From positions 32,001-96,000 of the forward strand of contig CAVYSY010000007.1 of the NCBI GenBank assembly GCA_963771175.1: a stretch of DNA of 64,000 nucleotides. Reading direction: 5' to 3'. A model generated the notes under the pieces. That model was not told the DNA's origin. It saw only the letters and a list, made by a program, of their open reading frames with translations, and did no database searches. Made by a program: the position numbers and the translations under genes. Numbering within the stretch: position 1 is the first letter of the stretch; each line of letters starts with the position of its first letter. This stretch comes from an uncultured delta proteobacterium. Its GTDB lineage: Bacteria; Myxococcota; Myxococcia; Myxococcales; Myxococcaceae. Positions 59,252 to 64,000 of this stretch are shown in pieces.

Positions 59252-60739
59252 TCAGGGCACCGGGCCGGCGAAGGAGGTGAAGAAGGGGGGACGCTTGAGG
59301 CCCTCGCCGCACTTCGACTCGAGCCCCTCCACGCTGCCGCGGGCCACGAAGTCCGCCATCAGCGCGCGCACGCAGCCGATGCTGCTCGTCCCGTGCCCCA
59401 CTCCGGGCAGCACCACGTGCCGGCTGTTCGTCAGCGTGCGCATCGCGTCCTCGGCCCACGAGGGCGGCGTCACCGGGTCCAACTCGCCCGACAGCAGCAG
59501 CACCGGCACGTCCGACTTCACCGGCTCGCGGTAGTCCTTGGGCAGCTCGCCGCGCGGCCAGAAGCGCACACGGCTTGAGCATGGTGCGCACCATCGTCTC
59601 GCCCAACCACGAGCCCTTCGACTCGCGGGCGAGGGCCTCGTCCGAGATGAGCGGCGCGTCCTCCGCGCACACCACCGAGAGGAACATGCCCAGGCTCATG
59701 TTGGGACTGGCGCCACCGCTCAGGTTCTGGTGGATGGCGACGAGCGGCCGCCAGTCGCCCTGCGTGGCCCGGTCCAGCACCAGCGGCACCAGCGACGTCG
59801 CCTCGGGCATGTAGAGCACCCCGCGCAGCACCGCCACGAAGGTGGTCGTGGCTGATGGTGAGGTCCTCCGGCACGCCGGTCAGCGGGTGCTCCACCCGCG
59901 TGCGCACCGGCTCCTTCTGGAGCTGTGCCAGCAGCGACTCGAAGCGGCCCCTCAGCTCCGGGTAGCGCTTCGCGCACGCCGCGTCCTGCTCGCAGTGCGT
60001 GAAGAGCAGGTCCAGCGCCCGCTGGCTGTCGCGCGCGACGTTGAGCGGCAGCAGCAGGGACATGGGCGCCACGCCCTCGAGCATGACGGTGCGCACGTGC
60101 TCCGGGTGCTGGCGCAGGTACACCAGCGCGGCGCGCGTGCCGTAGGAGACGCCGTACAGGTTGAGCTTCTCGTAGCCGAGCGCCTCGCGCACCTCGTCCA
60201 GGTCGTCCATGGCGATGGGCGTGGTGTAGAGGCGCACGTCCGCGTCATAGCCGGCGAGGCACTTGCGGAACTCCTCCTCGCGGTAGGTGTCGTCGAACTG
60301 CTGGGCCAGCGGCGCGTCATGGGGCACCGGCTCGCACTCGAGCGGCCGCGAGTCCCCCGTGCCCCGCTGGTCCACGAAGACCAGGTCCCGGTTGCGGTGG
60401 AGGCGCTCCAGCACGGGCACCATGTACCCGGCCAGCTTCGCGGCGCCCTGTCCCGGTCCACCGGCCAGCATCACCACCGGGTCCGGCTCCGGCGAGGACG
60501 CCAGCGCCGGCACCACCACCACCTTCAGCGGCACCTTGCGCCCCTGCTTCGCGGCGCGGTCCTCCCACACCTCATGGGTGCCACACAGGGCCTGCCGGCC
60601 CGAGCCCTCCAGCCGGCACGGGCTCGAGGGCCACCTTCCGAGAGGGCCCCGACGCGCCAGCACCCCGCGTGCAGGCGGTGAGCGACAGCAGGACACAGAG
60701 CAGGGCGGGCAGCAGCCGGGATGCGGAGGGCGTTCTCAC
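59252..60739 (-). CDS. TAP-like alpha/beta hydrolase lipoprotein (frameshifts)
   Basis: GTG start, lipobox LTA-C; AGGPG, DQRGTG, GVSYG, GELDPVTP, GHG. Confidence 0.85.
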
Positions 60740-60861
60740 GGGGCCCAAGGCTTATCACCCCCCACCTCGGCCACACACCCCTACCCCCTCACCCGGCGGC
60801 CGGGCTCGCCCGAGCACCCGTTTGAATTGCCCGGTAGCATGGCCCGTCCCCTGCTAAGCCC

Positions 60862-61704
60862 ATGACCATGAAGAACCGCTCGCTCCTCGTCCTCGCGACC
60901 CTTGGCCTCGCCCTGCTCGCCGGCTGCGCCTCGCTGCAGCGCATGGCCAAGAACGCCTTCCAGAAACCGCGCCTCACCTTCAAGCAGGCCCGCCTGCAGA
61001 AGGCCTCGCTCGCCGACGCCACCGTCGACCTCGTCTACCAGTTGGAGAACCCCAACCCGCTCGGGCTGAAGCTCGCCTCCATCGACTACGCCTTCTTCGT
61101 CGAGGGCAAGCAGGTGGTGGCCGGCACTCCGCCCAAGGGCCTCAACATCGCCGCCAAGGGCAAGTCCGAGCTCGTCTTCCCCGCCAACGTGAAGTTCGCG
61201 GACATCGTCCCCGTGGTGCAGACGTTCCTCAACCAGGACACCGCCCGCTACAAGGCCCAGGGCAGCGTGGGCATCCAGACGCCCATCGGCGTGCTGCGCT
61301 TCCCCCTCGAGCACGAGGGCACCTTCGAGGTCCCCAAGGTTCCCCAGGTCCAGTTCGAGTCCCCCCGCATCACCAACGTCACCCTCCAGGGCGCCACCGT
61401 GGAGTTCCCCCTCACCGTGAAGAACCGCAACAGCTTCCCCCTCCCGGTGGGCGGCATCAGCGGCGCCCTCAGGGTGGCCGGCAGCAGCGTGGGCAACCTC
61501 TCCACCGGCGACCTCGGCCTGCTGGAGGCCGGCAGCACCCGCCAGCTCTCCCTGCCCCTCAAAATCAACTTCCTGAGCGCCGCCGCCGCGGCCGGCGCCC
61601 TGCGCTCGGGCGGCAATGCCCAGGTGAAGCTGGATGGCCAGCTCCTCTCGGGCGGCCAGAACGTGCCCCTGGACGTCGCGCAGCTCCTGAATTTCCGGCG
61701 ATAG
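60862..61704 (+). CDS. LEA_2/WHy tandem-domain lipoprotein
   Basis: Lipobox LAG-C; two domains with NPN and NRN motifs. Confidence 0.85.
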   Translation: MTMKNRSLLVLATLGLALLAGCASLQRMAKNAFQKPRLTFKQARLQKASLADATVDLVYQLENPNPLGLKLASIDYAFFVEGKQVVAGTPPKGLNIAAKGKSELVFPANVKFADIVPVVQTFLNQDTARYKAQGSVGIQTPIGVLRFPLEHEGTFEVPKVPQVQFESPRITNVTLQGATVEFPLTVKNRNSFPLPVGGISGALRVAGSSVGNLSTGDLGLLEAGSTRQLSLPLKINFLSAAAAAGALRSGGNAQVKLDGQLLSGGQNVPLDVAQLLNFRR

Positions 61705-61801
61705 CCGGCTCGGCCGGGGGCAGGCGACCGGGGGAGCTCTTGAAGGTTGTCCCCCGGCGCTCCACCCGTTACGGTTGCGCGGCATTCTTCCGGGCCCCCT
61801 C

Positions 61802-62195
61802 ATGCGCCGCATTCTCTTCAAGTCCAAGATCCACCGCGCGACCGTCACCCAGGCCGACCTGGATTACGAGGGCTCGGTCACCATCGACCGAGACCTGCTG
61901 CGCGCCGCCGACATCCTCCCCTACGAGAAGGTGGCGGTGTGGAACGTGACGCAGGGCACCCGCCTGGAGACCTACGCCCTGGAGGGCGAGGCGGGCAGCG
62001 GCGTCATCTGCATCAACGGCGCGGCGGCGCACCTCAACAAGCCGGGGGACCTCGTCATCCTGGCCACCTTCGCCGAGGTGGAGGAGCACGAGGCGGCCCA
62101 CTGGAAGCCCACGGTCGTCTTCGTGGACGAGAAGAACCGGCATCGTCCCCGGCCGGACGGAGGAGATTCCGGGCCCGGCGCGCCGTATCGCCTGA
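61802..62195 (+). CDS. panD: Aspartate 1-decarboxylase (frameshift near 62140)
   Basis: [14 protein letters not shown] cleavage site, RLETY, INGAAA, GDLVI; corrected end [11 protein letters not shown]. Confidence 0.96.
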
Positions 62196-62311
62196 GCGAC
62201 GCCGGACGCGCTCAACGTCAACTGCTTTACCCTCCCGCGCGGGCTTGCCATGCTCGTGCGCTCATTCCGTGCGAGTGAAGGGGCCGTCAGGGTCCCGGAG
62301 GCGAGGAAGCG

Positions 62312-62755
62312 ATGAAGTGGACGTGGGCGTGTGGAGGCCTGCTGTTGATGCTGGCGGGCTGTGGCACCTCCAAGGAGGCCTTCCGACCCAACCCCAACGA
62401 CGATGATCCGCTCGTGGGGGCCGTGCAGGTGGTGCGCTCGCCGAGGCTGGACCGGTGCGTGCAGCACGGGGGCTCCTCGGTGCGCGGCAACTGTGACGAG
62501 GCCCGCTACCTGGGCTCCGAGTACACGCGGCGGCTGTCGGTCGGGGACGAGGTGTGCCTCGAGGGCGGTTACGGAGATGAGCCGGGGGGGATGTGCCTGG
62601 CGCGGGCGGTGGTCATCGACACGGCACCCAACCAGATAAAGCTCGAGGTGCGCACGGCGAAGCCGGACTCGCGCTGGTACAACGCCGAGATGCGCCACGC
62701 CTGGTACGAGGAAGGCGCGCTGGTGGACCTTTACCTCGCCGAGCGGGGTTACTGA
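62312..62755 (+). CDS. Hypothetical lipoprotein
   Basis: Lipobox LAG-C; four further Cys in the mature part. Confidence 0.8.
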   Translation: MKWTWACGGLLLMLAGCGTSKEAFRPNPNDDDPLVGAVQVVRSPRLDRCVQHGGSSVRGNCDEARYLGSEYTRRLSVGDEVCLEGGYGDEPGGMCLARAVVIDTAPNQIKLEVRTAKPDSRWYNAEMRHAWYEEGALVDLYLAERGY

Positions 62756-62770
62756 GGGGAGGAGACACGC

Positions 62771-63391
62771 ATGGCCTTCTATGACCCCATCGCCGACAAG
62801 GTGAAGAGGCTCACCCCGGCGGAGCTGAAGAAGCTGGCGGACACGAAGTTGGCGGACCTGGTGCAGCAGGAGGTACCGCGCGCGCGCAAGCGGGTGGCGG
62901 AGCTGGAGCAGCGCTACCCGTCGGCGGGGACGAGGGAGCGGGCGCAGCGGCTCATCGACGAGAAGAAGCACATCGCGGGGATGGTGGGAGGAATCTCCGG
63001 CGTCTTCGGGCTGCTGGGGCTGCCGGCGGACCTGACGGTGATGGCGTGGCTGCAGCTCACGCTGCTGGTGGACCTGGCCACGCTCTACAAGGTGAACCTG
63101 AAGAGCGAGCGGGCACGCAACGAGCTGCTGGACCTGTACGGCTACGCGACGGGCGTGGGGCCGATGCAGCGCTCGAGCCCCCGGGTGCTGGGGAAGGTGG
63201 CCGAGGTGCTACTGAGGAAGGGCGGCATGCACATGCTGGGACGGGCGATGCCCCTGGTGGCGGCGCCGGTGACGGCGTACCTCAACAACCAGCACATCCA
63301 GAAGGTGGGCGACCATGCGGTGCGCTCCTACGAGGGCTTCGACAAGGCGCACGCGAAGACAAAGCAGGCCTCCTCGCGCAAGGCGAGCTGA
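62771..63391 (+). CDS. EcsC-like protein
   Basis: GGAGG RBS; GGISGVFGLLGLPADL...LATLY. Confidence 0.65.
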   Translation: MAFYDPIADKVKRLTPAELKKLADTKLADLVQQEVPRARKRVAELEQRYPSAGTRERAQRLIDEKKHIAGMVGGISGVFGLLGLPADLTVMAWLQLTLLVDLATLYKVNLKSERARNELLDLYGYATGVGPMQRSSPRVLGKVAEVLLRKGGMHMLGRAMPLVAAPVTAYLNNQHIQKVGDHAVRSYEGFDKAHAKTKQASSRKAS

Positions 63392-63892
63392 GTGACCGAG
63401 CACGCCCGACAGGTCTGTCCGCTGACGGGGGCGTACCTGCGCCCCTACTTCGAATCGCTGGTGGCCAGGGCCGTGGCGGACGCGAATCAAGCGCGCATGC
63501 CGCTCACGGTGCTCTGGGTGGACACGGACGAGACCCAGGAAGGCAACGACGCGCACGGGCGCGAGACGATGGACGCGGCACTGAGCGCGCTGGTGGACGA
63601 GCTCGGAGCGGAGCTGGATGGACGCGGGCCCATCGGCCGCATGGAAGGGGACGCGTTCGCGGTGAGCCTCTTCGCGGTGGCTCCGTACATGGGAGAGCGG
63701 CTGGCGGAGAGGTTGCGTCGTCGGCTCGCGACGCGGACCTTCCCTTCGCTCTCCGGCGACTTCCACCTCACCGTCTCCGTGGGCGTGGCGGGACTGCGCC
63801 CCGGAGAGCCCTATGGCAACCTGCTCGACGCGGCGGAGGCCACGTGTGGGCGGGCGAAGCAGGCCGGGCGGAACCGCGTGGTGACGCGGTAG
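63392..63892 (+). CDS. Stand-alone degenerate GGDEF domain protein
   Basis: CPLTG, VDTD...NDAHG, RMEGDAF, TVSVGVA, AKQAGRNRV. Confidence 0.85.
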   Translation: MTEHARQVCPLTGAYLRPYFESLVARAVADANQARMPLTVLWVDTDETQEGNDAHGRETMDAALSALVDELGAELDGRGPIGRMEGDAFAVSLFAVAPYMGERLAERLRRRLATRTFPSLSGDFHLTVSVGVAGLRPGEPYGNLLDAAEATCGRAKQAGRNRVVTR

Positions 63893-63895
63893 GCC

Positions 63896-64000
63896 CTACG
63901 CCATCCCCAGCGCCTTCATCCGCGCCTTGAGGGTGTTGAGCGCGATGCCCAGCTCCACCGCGGCCCGGCTCTTCTTGCCCTGGTGCTTCTCCAGCGCGCT
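63896..64000 (-). CDS. C-terminal Fis-type HTH, probably a sigma54 enhancer-binding protein (partial)
   Basis: SALEKHQGKKSRAAVELGIALNTLKARMKALGMA*. Confidence 0.8.
   Translation of the reverse strand, partial: SALEKHQGKKSRAAVELGIALNTLKARMKALGMA

Overview
Very GC-rich chromosomal segment of a myxobacterium; MreB sequence, Xre/FHA/STAS content and repeat style suggest Myxococcales, probably Archangiaceae-like (inference). It is mostly housekeeping and accessory metabolism: hemF, glpK, dapE/dapD, kup, mreB, panD, an M1 aminopeptidase, frmA/fghA formaldehyde detoxification, three ABC transporter operons, two LysR modules and many hypothetical membrane/lipoproteins. About 30 apparent small-indel frameshifts, two of them in mreB, most likely reflect assembly error rather than pseudogenes. 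The most notable item missing from the ORF track is a 77-aa SelW/Rdx-family gene (28708..28941, minus) with an in-frame TGA in a CxxU motif and a bSECIS-like hairpin, i.e. a probable selenoprotein. Also seen: a 3-unit palindromic array with a compensatory base change next to an Xre gene, two copies of an ~82-bp REP-like element, an inverted duplicated ~115-bp promoter around a LysR gene, and orphan immunity-like genes. No rRNA, tRNA, CRISPR array or intact transposase was recognised.
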